A DNA stretch of 64,000 bases from an uncultured Acidobacteriota bacterium (GCA_963813155.1 CAWEYG010000003.1:608001-672000); one strand, 5' to 3'. Positions 20,142 through 31,530 are shown, counted from the first letter of the stretch. The notes: generated by a model from the letters alone, not told the origin. Program-made: numbers and translations.

Positions 20142-22272
20142 TCAGGGAGCCGAAGGAGGAGGAGGCTCCTCCTTCGGTTTTTTCTCCTTCTTGTCCTTGT
20201 TCTTATCCTTGTTGTCCTTGTTGTCCTTGTCTTTCGGATTGTCCTTCCCCTTGTTCGGGCCCTGGCCCTTGTCCGGCTGCGCGCGTTTCGCGTCGCCCCT
20301 GTCCGGCGGCCCGGGATGCGCTTGCGGGGGCGCCGGCGGAGGACGGAGCCTGCGCATCCGGCGCGGCAGCCGGCGGGGGCGGGTTCCGGCGGAACTCCGG
20401 CCGCGGGGGCGGCGGAGTCTGCTCGGGCGGAGGAGGAGGCGGAGGGCTCTGGCGCGTTCTCCAACCCTCGTCGCGGCGGTCCGTGGGCTCCGCCGGCGGA
20501 GCGGGAGGCGGAGGCGAGACCCGGCGCTCGAGCGTCCTCGGCGCCGCCCCCTCGGGCGGCGGCAGTGGCGCGTCCCTCGGGGTCACGACCGCGCCCGGCG
20601 CGATCCGCGCCGGTCCCGGACCTCCCGGCGACGCGGCGGGCGCGGACACGATCGGATTCTGCAGGGTCGAGAGAGGCCGCCCCCGATGTTCCATCACCGG
20701 AGCGGCTTTCGGCGCCGCGCTCTGGGCGTTTTTGGGTTGGAACGTCGTGCGTCCCGCGTCGACGACGACCGGCCGAACGGGGGACACGGCGCGGGCCCCC
20801 CCGCGCGCCGCGATCGAAAGCTGCGCTGCCGCGGAGGCCGACACCGGCGCCCCCCGACTTTCCCGGATCGCGGCCAGCTTTTCCTGAAACCGGGCGGGCG
20901 CCGGAGGCGGAGCCACGCGCGTCACGACCGGCCTCACGGCGATCGAGACGGGCGGTCGAACGGCGGCGCCCGCGATGCGCGCCGAAACACGGAGCGACCC
21001 CGCCGTCGGAAGGACGGGAATCGGTCCCCGAATCACGGGGGCGGCGGCGACCTGCCGGATGATCTGCGGATCGCGCACGGCTCCCGCCGCGACAACGCCG
21101 CCCGAGACGAACGTGTTCTCGTTGACGACCGTCACGTAAGACCGGTTCGCAAATCGGAAGTTCCCCACGTCGGCGCGGGCGCGGGCGCGCGATCCCCACC
21201 AGGGATCGAACGGATCGCGGGGACCGAGCGGAAACCACCCCACGTACCCGTTGCCGCCCGCAGCAAGCGAAAGCGACCATCCCGGCCCCCCGCCGACGAA
21301 CGCCACGAGGGCCGGCGAGTATTGCACCGCGACGGAAGGCCCCACGGGCACCCAGTACCAGCGTGACGAGGAGACCACCCATCTTCCGTAGTGGTACGGC
21401 GCCCAACCCCAGGGCTCGTCGCCGATCCAGGTCCAGCCCCAGGGGTCTTCCCAGATCCAGCGGCCCGCTTGATAGGGCTGCCAGCCGACGTCGACGCGGG
21501 ACGGGGTCCAGCAACGGCCGTAGGCGGGGACGTCCACCCAGCGGCCGTACTCTTCGAGGTCGTCGATTCCCCCGATGTTGAAATTCACGTTTCGATAGGA
21601 CGTCACCCGGCTGAACCGGCTCTCCCGGCTCACCACCCAGCTGTCCCAGGAATCTCTCGCGTCCAGCCGCCCGACGTCGTACTGCGGGTTGTCGATCCCG
21701 TCGATCCACATCTGCTCGCCCGCCCGAAGCGGCACCTCTCCGCCCGAGGCGGCCACGGTCGCCTCGCCCTGCAAGCACGACACGCGGGTGTTGCCGTTCG
21801 CGTCCACGTCGATTCGATAGTCGCCCGGGCGTTCGAACGTGACGGCGACGTTCGGCGTGTCGACTTCGAAGGTTTCGTTCTCGTCCAGGCGGCGCAGCTG
21901 AACCGACGCCGTGCCCGCGGTCAGGGAGAATTGCCTCGTGTCCTCGGTCAGGTTCAGGGCCGCGAGGTCGGTCCGCGCCGCGAGGCGGACGAACTCGCCT
22001 CCCTGGATCTGGAGCTCGACGCGACCGTTCTCGGGAGAGTAGATGCGGTCGCCGAGCGTGAACGGAACGTTGACCGTGGGAGATTGCCAGTCGTCGGGAT
22101 CGTCTCCCCGACTGTACGAAACGTCGCCGGAAAGGAACGAGATCCTCGCGGCGACCTGCCGGATGTCCGAATCCTGCGCCCGGGCGCCTCCGAAAGACGC
22201 GAGCAGGCAGGCAAGCCCGAGACCTGCCGTCCGCAGGCCATCTCGGAGATTTCGCGACAAGAACTGACTCAT
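20142..22272 (-). CDS. FecR-domain/DUF6600-like exported protein with Pro-rich and K/D/N-rich tail (one apparent +1 frameshift near 20343)
   Basis: GGAGGAG SD, signal peptide, ARISFLSGDVS, FEVDTPN, PGDYRIDV, YGRW..W.PY..GRW.W..PWGWTW..EPWGWAPYHYGRW. Tail continues in ORF 20142..20357. Confidence 0.85.
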
Positions 22273-22308
22273 GGGACTCCTCCTTTGGACTCTTCTAACC
22301 GGGAACAG

Positions 22309-22325
22309 AGCGAAGCCCGTGCCAA
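22309..22325 (-). promoter_or_regulatory. Putative sigma54 (-24/-12) promoter
   Basis: Minus strand TTGGCACGGGCTTCGCT has GG-N10-GC spacing, about 36 nt upstream of ATG 22272. Confidence 0.6.
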
Positions 22326-22371
22326 TTCTACGGCTCTCCGAAACCCCGCGCCCTTGGCGTATGCTTCGGCC

Positions 22372-22989
22372 GTGCGAAGCCTCCTCCGCCTCTGGCCGAT
22401 CGCGCCGGCGATTCTCGTGGCCGCGGCCGCGGGATGCAGGCGAACGCCCCGGCGGGAAATCGAGGAGGCGAAATCCAACCTCGCGGCCGCCCTCCAGGCG
22501 CAGGCGCAGGTCTACGCCCCCGCCTCCTTTCAGGAAGCCCGACGGGCGCTCGAAGGAGCGCAAAAGCTTGCCCACGAAGGACGTTACGCGGATGCGAAGA
22601 CGCTCGCGCTCGAGTCCTCGAGCCGCGCGAAAGGCGCCGCCGGGATCTCGGCGGACAATCGCCGGAAGATGTTGGCCGCCCTTCAGGCGAAGGTGGCGGC
22701 GACCGATCGGGAGCTCCAGGACGCCTCCGATGAGGAAAAGATCGCGGAAGCGCGCGGGGTCGAAGCCGACTCCCGCCAGCTCTTCGCGGCGGAGACGCTC
22801 GAAGCGACCGCGAAACAGCAGGAGGCGCACCGCCGGCTCGCCGCGCAGGACCTCGCCGAGGGGAAGAAATGGGCCGACGACGCGGACGTCGCCGCCGCCG
22901 CCCTGCTCCGCGACATTCGATTCGCCGTCGCGCGAAAGCAGAGCGAGCCGGCGCCGCGAAAGAAGACGGCCCGCAAAAAATCGCCTTGA
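22372..22989 (+). CDS. Alanine-rich helical lipoprotein (DUF4398-like)
   Basis: Lipobox AAAAG-C; EIEEAKSNLAAA..AQVYAPASFQEARRAL..GRYADAK pattern. Confidence 0.75.
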   Translation: MRSLLRLWPIAPAILVAAAAGCRRTPRREIEEAKSNLAAALQAQAQVYAPASFQEARRALEGAQKLAHEGRYADAKTLALESSSRAKGAAGISADNRRKMLAALQAKVAATDRELQDASDEEKIAEARGVEADSRQLFAAETLEATAKQQEAHRRLAAQDLAEGKKWADDADVAAAALLRDIRFAVARKQSEPAPRKKTARKKSP

Positions 22990-23891
22990 ACGGCAAGCCC
23001 CGCTACCGGGTGACATCGCCGGCGCTGCTCGAAATCGCCGGAAAGGACCGCGAGGGATTTCTCCAGGGACAGTGCACGAACGACGTCCTCCGTCTCGCGC
23101 CCGGGGCAGTCGCCCGCGCCGCCGCGCTCACACCGAAGGGAAAGCTCCTCGCGGAGTTCCGGATCGCCCGTCTCGACCCGCTGCGGATCCTGACCTCGCC
23201 GTCGCGGGACGAGGCGCTGGCCACGCACTTCCGAAAATACGCGGTCTTCCAGGACGTGAGGATCGAAAACGTCGCGAGCTCGTACGCTCTCGTGGAGTTC
23301 TTCGGCGGGGGCGAGCCGCGGCCGGAATCTCCTCCCGGCGAAGTCCTTTCGTGGAGGTTCGCGGATCGCTCCGTCCAGATATGGCCGGCGTTCTTCGAAA
23401 CGACGTCTTCCTGGCTGGTTTCCCGCGAGGACGTCGAGGCCGTCGAGGCGGCGCTCTCGGAGTCCGGGCAGCGGATCTCCGCCGAGGCGGCGGAAGCTCT
23501 TCGGATCGAAGCCGGAAGGCCGGAGTACGGAAAGGACATGGACGATTCCAACCTCCCGGACGAAGTCGGGATGGACGACGCGATCTCGACGGCGAAGGGC
23601 TGCTACGTCGGCCAGGAGATCGTCGCGAGGCTTCGAACGTACGGCCGCGTGAACAAGAGGCTCGTCGGATGGTCGTTCTCGGAAGGGTGGCTTCCTCCTC
23701 CCGGGACCGCGCTGTTCCGTCCCGGCCAGCCCGAAAAGGAGCTCGGAAGGGTGACGTCGTCGGCCGACTCCGTCCGGCTCGGAGGCATCGGCCTCGGCTA
23801 CGCGCTGCGCGACGTCGCCGAAGGTGAAATCCTCTGTCTCCCGGACGACGAGTCGAAGACCGCCCGCGTCGAGCCCAAGACCCGCTCGTGA
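22986..23891 (+). CDS. ygfZ: Folate-binding protein YgfZ (GcvT family)
   Basis: GKDREGFLQGQCTNDV, LTPKGK, LRIEAGRP, KGCYVGQE signature. TTG start overlaps the upstream TGA. Confidence 0.9.
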   Translation: MNGKPRYRVTSPALLEIAGKDREGFLQGQCTNDVLRLAPGAVARAAALTPKGKLLAEFRIARLDPLRILTSPSRDEALATHFRKYAVFQDVRIENVASSYALVEFFGGGEPRPESPPGEVLSWRFADRSVQIWPAFFETTSSWLVSREDVEAVEAALSESGQRISAEAAEALRIEAGRPEYGKDMDDSNLPDEVGMDDAISTAKGCYVGQEIVARLRTYGRVNKRLVGWSFSEGWLPPPGTALFRPGQPEKELGRVTSSADSVRLGGIGLGYALRDVAEGEILCLPDDESKTARVEPKTRS

Positions 23892-24784
23892 AGAGCCGCG
23901 ACTCCGAGCTCGCGATCTTCGGCGCGCTCTTCTGCGCCCAGCTCTTCCTCGGAGCGTTTCCCGTCGTCGGCAAGGTCGCACTCGCCTCGATCCCTCCCCT
24001 GCCGTTCGCGTTCTTCCGGATCGCCGGAGCCTCGATCCTCCTCGCGGCCGTCGCCCGGTTCCGGCCGCGCGAAGAGATCGATCCCGAAGACCGCCCGCGT
24101 CTCTGGCTGCTCTCGTTTCTCGGCGTCTCGGTCAACCAGATCCTCTACATCACGGGCCTCTCGCTCTCGACGGCGATCAACGCCGCGATCCTCATGACGA
24201 TGATCCCGGTGCTCACCCTCGCGTTCGCGATCCTGGCCCGCCGCGAAGCCGCGAGCACCCGAAAGCTCGCGGGCTGCGCGCTCGCGCTCGCCGGCGCCTA
24301 CGTGCTGGTCGGAATCGGCCGCTTCGACTGGAGAAGCGACCTGTTCCTCGGCGATGTTCTGCTTCTCACCAACGCGGGGTGCTATTCCGCGTACCTCGTC
24401 CTCTCGCGCGACATTCTCCGGAAATACACGGCCACGACGTTCATTCGGACGACGTTCGTCATGGGAACGCTTCCGGTCCTGCTGTTCGCCGCCCTGCCGA
24501 TCGCGAAAATGAATTTCGCCCGGGTCCCCCTCGTCGCCTGGCTCTGCCTCGCCGCCGTGATCGTCTTTGCCTCCGTCCTCGCCTACATCCTCAACGGCTG
24601 GGCGCTCGCCCGCACCCACGCCTCCCACGTCGCGATGTTCGTGGCCCTCCAGCCGGCGGTCGCGGCGTCTCTCGCGATCGCGTGGCTCGGCGAGATCCCG
24701 GGGCTCAAGACGGTCCTTTCCGCGGCGCTCATCCTCGCGGGGCTCTTCGTCTCGCGCGCGCCGCTGCCGCGCAGAAGCGTGTAA
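23888..24784 (+). CDS. DMT/EamA family transporter
   Basis: 298 aa, about 10 hydrophobic segments in two repeats, LQPAVA and LGE motifs. Confidence 0.9.
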   Translation: MKSRDSELAIFGALFCAQLFLGAFPVVGKVALASIPPLPFAFFRIAGASILLAAVARFRPREEIDPEDRPRLWLLSFLGVSVNQILYITGLSLSTAINAAILMTMIPVLTLAFAILARREAASTRKLAGCALALAGAYVLVGIGRFDWRSDLFLGDVLLLTNAGCYSAYLVLSRDILRKYTATTFIRTTFVMGTLPVLLFAALPIAKMNFARVPLVAWLCLAAVIVFASVLAYILNGWALARTHASHVAMFVALQPAVAASLAIAWLGEIPGLKTVLSAALILAGLFVSRAPLPRRSV

Positions 24785-24862
24785 GGGACGAACCACTTCC
24801 CCAGTCCACTTTCCTCGAAATGGCTCTGGCGGGGAATCGGCCGTTCCGTCTATCCTCCGCCC

Positions 24863-26874
24863 ATGCAGAAAGTCGCCAGCGCGTGCCCGCTCGATTGCCC
24901 GGACGCCTGCAGCCTCGAGGTCGGGGTCGAGAACGGCCGCGTCGTCTCGATCGGCGGAAGCCACGTGAATCCGGTGACGAACGGCTACATCTGCGCGAAG
25001 GTCCGCCGCTTCCCGGAGCACCTGTACGGCCCGGATCGGCTGCTTTCCCCGGGGATCCGAATCGGCCGAAAGGGAGAGGGCCGGTTCCGGGACGTCACCT
25101 GGGACGAAGCGCTCGCATCGGTCTCGTCGCGAATGCTCGAAATCCGGGACGAGTTCGGCGGCGAGGCGATTCTTCCCTACTCCTACGGCGGATCGAACGG
25201 CCTGCTGACCCAGGACACCACGGACGCCCGGCTCTTCCGGCGGCTCGGGGCGTCCCGCCTCGCCCGCACGGTCTGCGCTGCCCCCTCGGGTGCCGCCGCG
25301 ATGGGCCTCTACGGCAAGATGGCGGGCGTCGCGATCGCCGACTACGCGCACGCGAACCTGATCGTCCTGTGGGGGGTGAATCCCTCGACGTCGGGCATCC
25401 ACCTCGTCCCGTACATCTACGAAGCGCAGAAGAAGGGGGCGAAGCTCGTCGTGATCGACCCCCGATCGACTTCGCTTTCGGCGCGCGCGGACCTTCATCT
25501 CCCGCTCCGCCCGGGGACCGACCTTCCGGTCGCGCTCGCGATCGCGAAATGGCTCTTTGCGTCGGGGAAGGCCGACGAGAAGTTCCTTCGCGAGCACACG
25601 ACCGGCTCGGATCGGCTGCGCGCCGCGGCCGAACCGTGGACCCTCGAGCGGGCCGCGGAAGTCGCCGGGATCCCGGCGCGCGACCTCGAGGAATTCGCGC
25701 GGTTGTACGCGGACAGCTCCCCCGCGGCGATCCGCTGCGGGTGGGGGCTCGAGCGGAACCGCAACGGGGGCTCCGCGATCGCGGCCGTGCTCGCGCTGCC
25801 GGCCGTCGCGGGAAAATTCGGGGTCCGGGGCGGGGGCTACACGATGAGCAACTCCGGCGCCTGGAAGCTCGACTCGCTCGCCGCCGCGCGCGAGCCCGAG
25901 GCCCCGACGCGGCTCGTCAACATGAACCTGCTGGGATCGGCCCTCCTCGACTTCGATTCGCCGCCGGTGAAATGCCTGTTCGTCTACAACTCCAACGCGC
26001 TCGCGACGACCCCGCGTCAGCAGAAAGTGCGCGAGGGCCTCGAGCGGGAGGATCTTTTCACCGTCGTGTTCGATTCCGTGATGACCGATACGGCGCGGTA
26101 TGCCGACGTCGTGCTTCCCGCGACGGCGTTTCTGGAGCACCACGAGTTGTCGCGCGGCTACGGGGCCTACAGCCTGTTCGAGTCGGCGCCGGTCGCCGCT
26201 CCCGCCGGGGAATCCCGGCCAAATCCGGAAGTCTTCGCCGAGCTCTGCCGCCGAACGGGCGTCGCCCGCCCGGACGAGCCGGAAAGGGCCGCCGACCTCG
26301 CCACGGCGATCCTCGGAGCGCATCCCAACGGGCGGGCATTCCGCGAGGCGATCGCCCGGGACGGCTGCGCGGCCCCCGCGTTCGGCCCCTCGCCGATCCA
26401 GTTCGTCGACGTGTTCCCGAACACGCCCGACCGGAAAGGCCCACCTCTTCCCGGAAGAGCTCGACCGCGAAGCCCGGTCCGGCCTCTACGCGTACGGAGA
26501 GGACCCCGGCACCCGCGAATTCCCGCTCGCGCTCATCTCCCCCGCCTCCGACAAGACGATCAGCTCGACGCTCGGAGAGCTGGACGATTCTCCGGCGGCG
26601 ATCGAGATCCACCCCGACGACGCTCGCGCCCGCGGACTGAGCGAGGAAAAGCCCGTCCGCGTGTACAACGAGCCTCGGCGAGGTGCGCTGCTTCGTTCGG
26701 ATCACGCCGGACGTCCGCCCCGGAGTCGTCCACCTGCCGAAGGGTCTCTGGGCCCGGCACACGCTCAACGGCGCGACCGCGTCCGCGCTCGCGCCCGACA
26801 GCCTCGCCGACCTCGGCGGCGGAGCGTGCTTCAACGACGCGCGGGTCGAGGTGGAACCCCTGGTCTCGTCATAG
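24863..26874 (+). CDS. Molybdopterin-dependent oxidoreductase, YyaE/YoaE-like (two apparent +1 frameshifts near 26438 and 26673)
   Basis: CPLDCPDAC..GYICAK Fe-S motif, WDEAL, VVIDPR, RPGTD, TDTARYADVVLPA. C-terminal IEIHPDDARARGL and DLGGGACFND lie in successive frames. Confidence 0.9.
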
Positions 26875-26896
26875 AATCGCGGCGGAGGAACGCCGA

Positions 26897-28610
26897 ATGT
26901 ACAAGCTCTTCCCCGCCGTTCTCCTGCTCGCCGCCGCCGGCTCCGCCGCGGAGGCTCCGAAAGCTCCCGACGCCGCCGCGCTCACACGGATGGCGGCTCG
27001 ACTCACGCCGACCGAACTGAAGGTCCCGATCGCGGGCCTGTCCGCCGGAGATCGCAAGGCCCTCGGCGATCTCGTCCGCGCCGCGCGAATCGTCAACGAC
27101 ATCTTCCTCGACCAGATGTGGAAGGGAAACCGCGCGCTCGCCGCGAAACTCCGCGCCGACCGCTCTCCCCTCGGGCGCGCGCGGTTCCACTACTTCTGGA
27201 TCAACAAGTCTCCCTGGAGCGAGATCGACGGCTACACCGCGTTTCTTCCGGGCGTCCCCGCGAAGAAGCCGGCCGGCGCGAATTTCTATCCGGAGGACCT
27301 GACGAAAGAACAGTTCGAAACCTGGTATCGCTCCCTCTCGCCCGCCGAAAAGGAGCAGGCTTCGGGGTTCTACTCCGTCATCCGCCGCGAATCCGGCGGA
27401 AAGCTTCGCTCCGTGCCGTTCAGCGAGGCCTACAAGGGCCGACCTCGAGCGGGCGGCCCGGCTGCTCCGAAGCGCGGCGGCGGCGACCGACAACGCGACG
27501 CTGAAGAAATTTCTCGAGCTTCGCGCGGCCGCCTTTCTCTCGAACGATTACTTCGACAGCGACATCGCCTGGATGGACCTCGACGCGCCGATCGACGTCA
27601 CGATCGGCCCGTACGAGACGTACAACGACGGCCTCTTCGGCTACAAGGCCGCGTTCGAGGCCTACGTCAGCGTCCGGGACGACGCCGAAACGAAGAAGCT
27701 CGAATTCTTCTCTCACCACCTCCAGGACGTCGAAGACAATCTCCCCGAGGACCCAAAGTACCGGGTGAAGAAGCTCGGCGCGGCTTCTCCGATTCGCGTC
27801 GTCAACGAAGTTTTCGGCGCCGGAGACGGAAGCCACGGAATCCAGACGGTCGCCTACAACCTGCCCAACGACGATCGGGTCGTCCAGCAGAAGGGCGCCA
27901 AGCGGATCATGATGAAGAACATCAACGAGGCGAAGTTCCAGAAGATCCTTCTTCCGATCTCGAAGGCCGTGCTTTCCCCCGAGGATCAGAAGGACGTCGA
28001 GTTCGAGTCGTTCTTCTCCTGGATCCTCTCCCACGAGCTGTCCCACGGCATCGGCCCGCACCAGATCGAGATCGCGGGAAAAGAGACGAACCCGCGGCTC
28101 GAGCTCAAGGATCTCTACGGGGCGATCGAAGAAGCGAAAGCGGATGTCACCGGAATGTTCCTGCTGCAGTTTCTGATGGACCAGAAGGCGATCCCGGGCG
28201 GTCCCGACGCGGAGCGGAAGCTCTACACGACCGTCCTCGCGTCGGCGTTCCGGACTCTCCATTTCGGACTCCAGGACGCGCACGCCCGCGGTCAGGCCGT
28301 CCAGGTGAACTACCTTCTCGACAAGGGGGGCTACGTCGCCCATCCGGACGGCACGTTCTCCGTGGACTTCACGAAGATCAAGTCGGCCGTCGCGGACCTC
28401 GATCGGGAGTTCCTGACGCTCGAGGCGACAGGCGATTACGCCGGCACGCAGAAGATGATGACGGATCTCGCCGTCCTTCGGCCCGAGGTCCAGAAGGCGC
28501 TCGACAGGCTCGGGAACGTCGCGACCGACATCGAGCCGGTTTTCGTCACCGCGGACTCCGTCGCGCCGGCGCCGGGCGCTTCCCCGAAGAAGGCTTCGAA
28601 ACCTCATTGA
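26897..28610 (+). CDS. Secreted dipeptidyl peptidase III-like M49 metallopeptidase (one apparent +1 frameshift near 27437)
   Basis: Signal peptide, GANFYPEDLTK, TIGPYETY.D, AYNLPNDDRV, HELSHG, EEAKAD. Confidence 0.88.
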
Positions 28611-29804
28611 TGGCGACACCGGCCCGGGAGGTCCCCGCCGTCGCCGCGACAAGGTCCCGGATCGACTCGGTCGACGTCCTGCGCGGTCTCGTCATGGTCG
28701 TCATGGCTCTCGACCACACGCGCGACTACTTTTCCAACGCCCGCTTCGACCCGCTGGATCTCACGCAGACGAACGCCGCGCTCTACTTCACGCGCTGGAT
28801 CACGCACTTCTGCGCGCCGGTCTTCGTCTTTCTCGCCGGCACGGGCGCCTTCCTCTCGCTCTCGCGCGGCCGGTCGAAGAAGGATCTCTCGAGGTTTCTC
28901 TGGACGCGGGGACTCTGGCTCGTGATCGTCGAGGTGACTCTCGTCACCTTCGGATGGTCTTTCGACTTCGGCTTCCACGACATCGTTCTCCAGGTGATCT
29001 GGGCGATCGGGTGGTCGATGGTCGCCCTCGCGTTCCTGATCCGGCTTCCGACGGCCGCCGTCGGAGCCTTCGGCGTCGTCATGATCGCGTCCCACAACCT
29101 CCTCGACACGATCCCACCGGAGCGGTTCGGCGCGTACGCCTGGTTGTGGGACATCCTGCACGTCTCCCGCTGGGCCCCGATCGCGCAGGACGGCACGCAT
29201 TCGTTCACGCTCGTCTATCCCCTCATCCCCTGGGTCGGAGTCATGGCGGCCGGCTATGCCCTCGGCCCGGTCTTCTCGCTCCCGGCCGGCCGGCGGCGGC
29301 GCACGCTGCTGCTGCTCGGGATCGCCCTTACGGCCGTGTTCGTCCTGCTCCGCTGGACGAATCTCTACGGCGACCCCCGGCCCTGGACCGTCGCAGAAGA
29401 ACGGCCTGTTCACGGTGCTGTCGTTCCTGAACTGCGAGAAGTATCCGCCGTCGCTCCTCTACCTCCTGATGACGCTGGGACCGGCGCTCGCGCTCCTGGC
29501 TCTCCTCGACCGCCCGGCCGGGCCGATCGCCTCGAAGATCCGCGTCTTCGGGCGCGTTCCCTTTTTCTACTACGTCCTGCACATCCCGCTGGTCCACGCG
29601 ATGGCGATCGTGTTTGGCCTGATTCGCTACGGCCCGGCGATCTTCACCTGGAGCCGGACGAATCCTCCTCCGGTGGACGCCGGATTGGGGCTCCCCGGCG
29701 TGTATGCGATGTGGCTGCTCGCCGTGCTGATCCTGTATTTCCCGTGCCGGTGGTTCGCCGGCCTGAAGTCCCGGCGGCGGGACGTCTGGCTGAGCTACCT
29801 GTAA
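28610..29804 (+). CDS. DUF1624/HGSNAT-catalytic-like membrane acyltransferase family protein (one apparent +1 frameshift near 29390)
   Basis: RIDSVDVLRGLVMVVMALDHTRDYF, TRWITHFCAPVFVFLAG, YPLIPW, KYPPSLLYLLMTLG. Confidence 0.88.
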
Positions 29805-30732
29805 GGGATTACTCGCACCTTCTCCCCGATCTCGATCGTCATCCCGTCCTCCCCGACTGCGAGCGGGCCGGCGTACGTCCTGCGGGTCGGGGCCACGAGA
29901 TCCACGGCGGTCGCCATGGACGGGACGATGTGGGAGTACACGGCGAGCTTCGGATGGACGGCCGCGAAGATCTTCCCGGCGTCCTCGGGCGTCGTGTGGT
30001 GCTCGATGATCCGCCGAACCTGCTCCGGAGTCAGGTTGCCCGCGGCGCCCCGCTTTTCCGCTTCGACGGCGATCACTTCGTGGACCAACACGTCGGCTCC
30101 TTTCGCGAACTTCACGAGGTTCGGCGAGGGGCGCGTGTCGCCCGACAGCACGACGGACCGCGATCCGAAATCCACGCGGTAACCGAGCGCCGGGCGAACA
30201 GGCCCGTGGTCGACAAGAAACGCCGTGACCCGAAGCGGCCCTTTCTCGAACGCGATGCCTTCGCCGGTGTCGCGGGCCTCGATCACGGCTCCCCGAGCGG
30301 GAAGTTTCTCGTCCACGTCGCGGCGCATGTGGACGTCGAACGCGTAGGCCTTTTCGAGGTTCGAGACGAAATCGGCCGTTCCCGCCGGTCCCCGGATGCG
30401 AAGGGACTCGGACCGCCCGAAGATCCATCCCGTCAGCCACAGGTCGGCGAGACCCGACCGTGTGGTCGGAATGAAGATGTGTGAAGAAGAGGGAGCGAAC
30501 GGCCGCCGAGCGGGATGCCGTGCTGAAACAGCCGCTGGGTCGCGCCGCGGCCGCAATCGAAGAGCAGGCGCTCCCCTCCCGCCGACACGAGGATGCTCGG
30601 GCCGAACCGCTCGAGCGACGGCCTCGGGTTGCCGGTCCCGAGGAGCAGGACGGTGATCCGATCCTCCGCCCGGACGCGCGCGGCGGCGACCAGGATCAAA
30701 AGGAGCGTCGCGGCGGCGGTTCTTCGCGTCAA
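29795..30732 (-). CDS. Exported MBL-fold metallo-hydrolase, RNase Z/arylsulfatase-like (two apparent +1 frameshifts near 30503 and 30455)
   Basis: Signal peptide, LLGTGNP, LFDCGRG, THLHSDH (in the intermediate frame), VDHG, SGDT, DVLVHE, HHT. Confidence 0.85.
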
Positions 30733-31526
30733 ACCGGGGCGTCCCGAACCGATTCCAGGTAGAGCGCCCGGAGCCTCGCGAACCCATCGCCCGGGAAAGC
30801 GCACTTCTTTCCGTCGAGCGTCTGGAGCGCGGCGATTCCGGTGAGGCTCGACGTCAGGAAGGCGCCGCCAAGCAGCTGCGGAGCCGAGAACGTCGCCTCC
30901 TCGACGCTCAGGCCGACGCGTCGGGCGTTCGCGATCACCCAGGCGCGCACGACACCGGGAAGGATTCCGGACGACACGGGAGGCGTCCGCAAGCGGTTTC
31001 CCGAAATCCGGAACACGTTCGTCGCCGTGCCCTCCCGCACGCGGCCCTTCGAGTCCAGAAAAATCCCCTCCTCGGCGGCCAGTCGCTTCGCCAGGCGGCC
31101 GCCGGCGATCGATGTCCGGTAGTCGATCGTCTTCCAGCGCGGCGTCGTTCGCTCCCAGTCCCGGGGAAGCAGGATCGCGCGGACGCCCCGCCGCTTGCGG
31201 AGAATCTCCGGAGGAATCGGAAAGAGCATCGCGAAGAATCGCCAGGATCGCGGATCGTCGAGATCCCGGCCCGCGGCAATGTAAGACCAGCGCATTCCCC
31301 ACTCCCTGCGCTTTCCCGCCGATCGGAGCTCCGCGCGCGCGGCCGCGCGGACGCGAGCGAGCGACGGCGGAGGCACGCGAAGGAGATCGCACGACGTCTT
31401 CAATCGGCCGAAGTGCTCGTCGAACAGAACCGCCCGGCCGCCGGTCACCCAGAGCGTCTCGAAGAACCCGACGCCGCGCGCGAGCGCGGGGGAGTCGATC
31501 GAGAGAGTGATCTTCGGCGCCGGCAC
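30729..31526 (-). CDS. pabC: Class IV PLP enzyme (4-amino-4-deoxychorismate lyase-like)
   Basis: GVGFFET, WKTIDY, EGTATNVF, GILPGVVR, FLTSSLTGI; adjacent to pabB. Confidence 0.75.
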   Translation of the reverse strand: MPAPKITLSIDSPALARGVGFFETLWVTGGRAVLFDEHFGRLKTSCDLLRVPPPSLARVRAAARAELRSAGKRREWGMRWSYIAAGRDLDDPRSWRFFAMLFPIPPEILRKRRGVRAILLPRDWERTTPRWKTIDYRTSIAGGRLAKRLAAEEGIFLDSKGRVREGTATNVFRISGNRLRTPPVSSGILPGVVRAWVIANARRVGLSVEEATFSAPQLLGGAFLTSSLTGIAALQTLDGKKCAFPGDGFARLRALYLESVRDAPV

Positions 31527-31530
31527 GGGC

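Noticed and set aside
20190-20232. Short tandem repeats (TTGTCCTTG) as a possible CRISPR or VNTR locus
   Set aside because: They encode the low-complexity KDKDNK protein tail; there are no spacers or cas genes.
24797-24837. Imperfect hairpin upstream of the Mo-enzyme as a possible Moco riboswitch
   Set aside because: Too short, lacks recognisable Moco motif elements, and lies upstream of the predicted -10 box; more likely a 3' hairpin of the EamA transcript.
24863-30484. 1873-aa giant ORF resembling a Mo-enzyme/peptidase/membrane-protein fusion
   Set aside because: Chimera of three genes joined by out-of-frame R/P/G-rich stretches created by +1 insertions; each gene has its own start and true stop.
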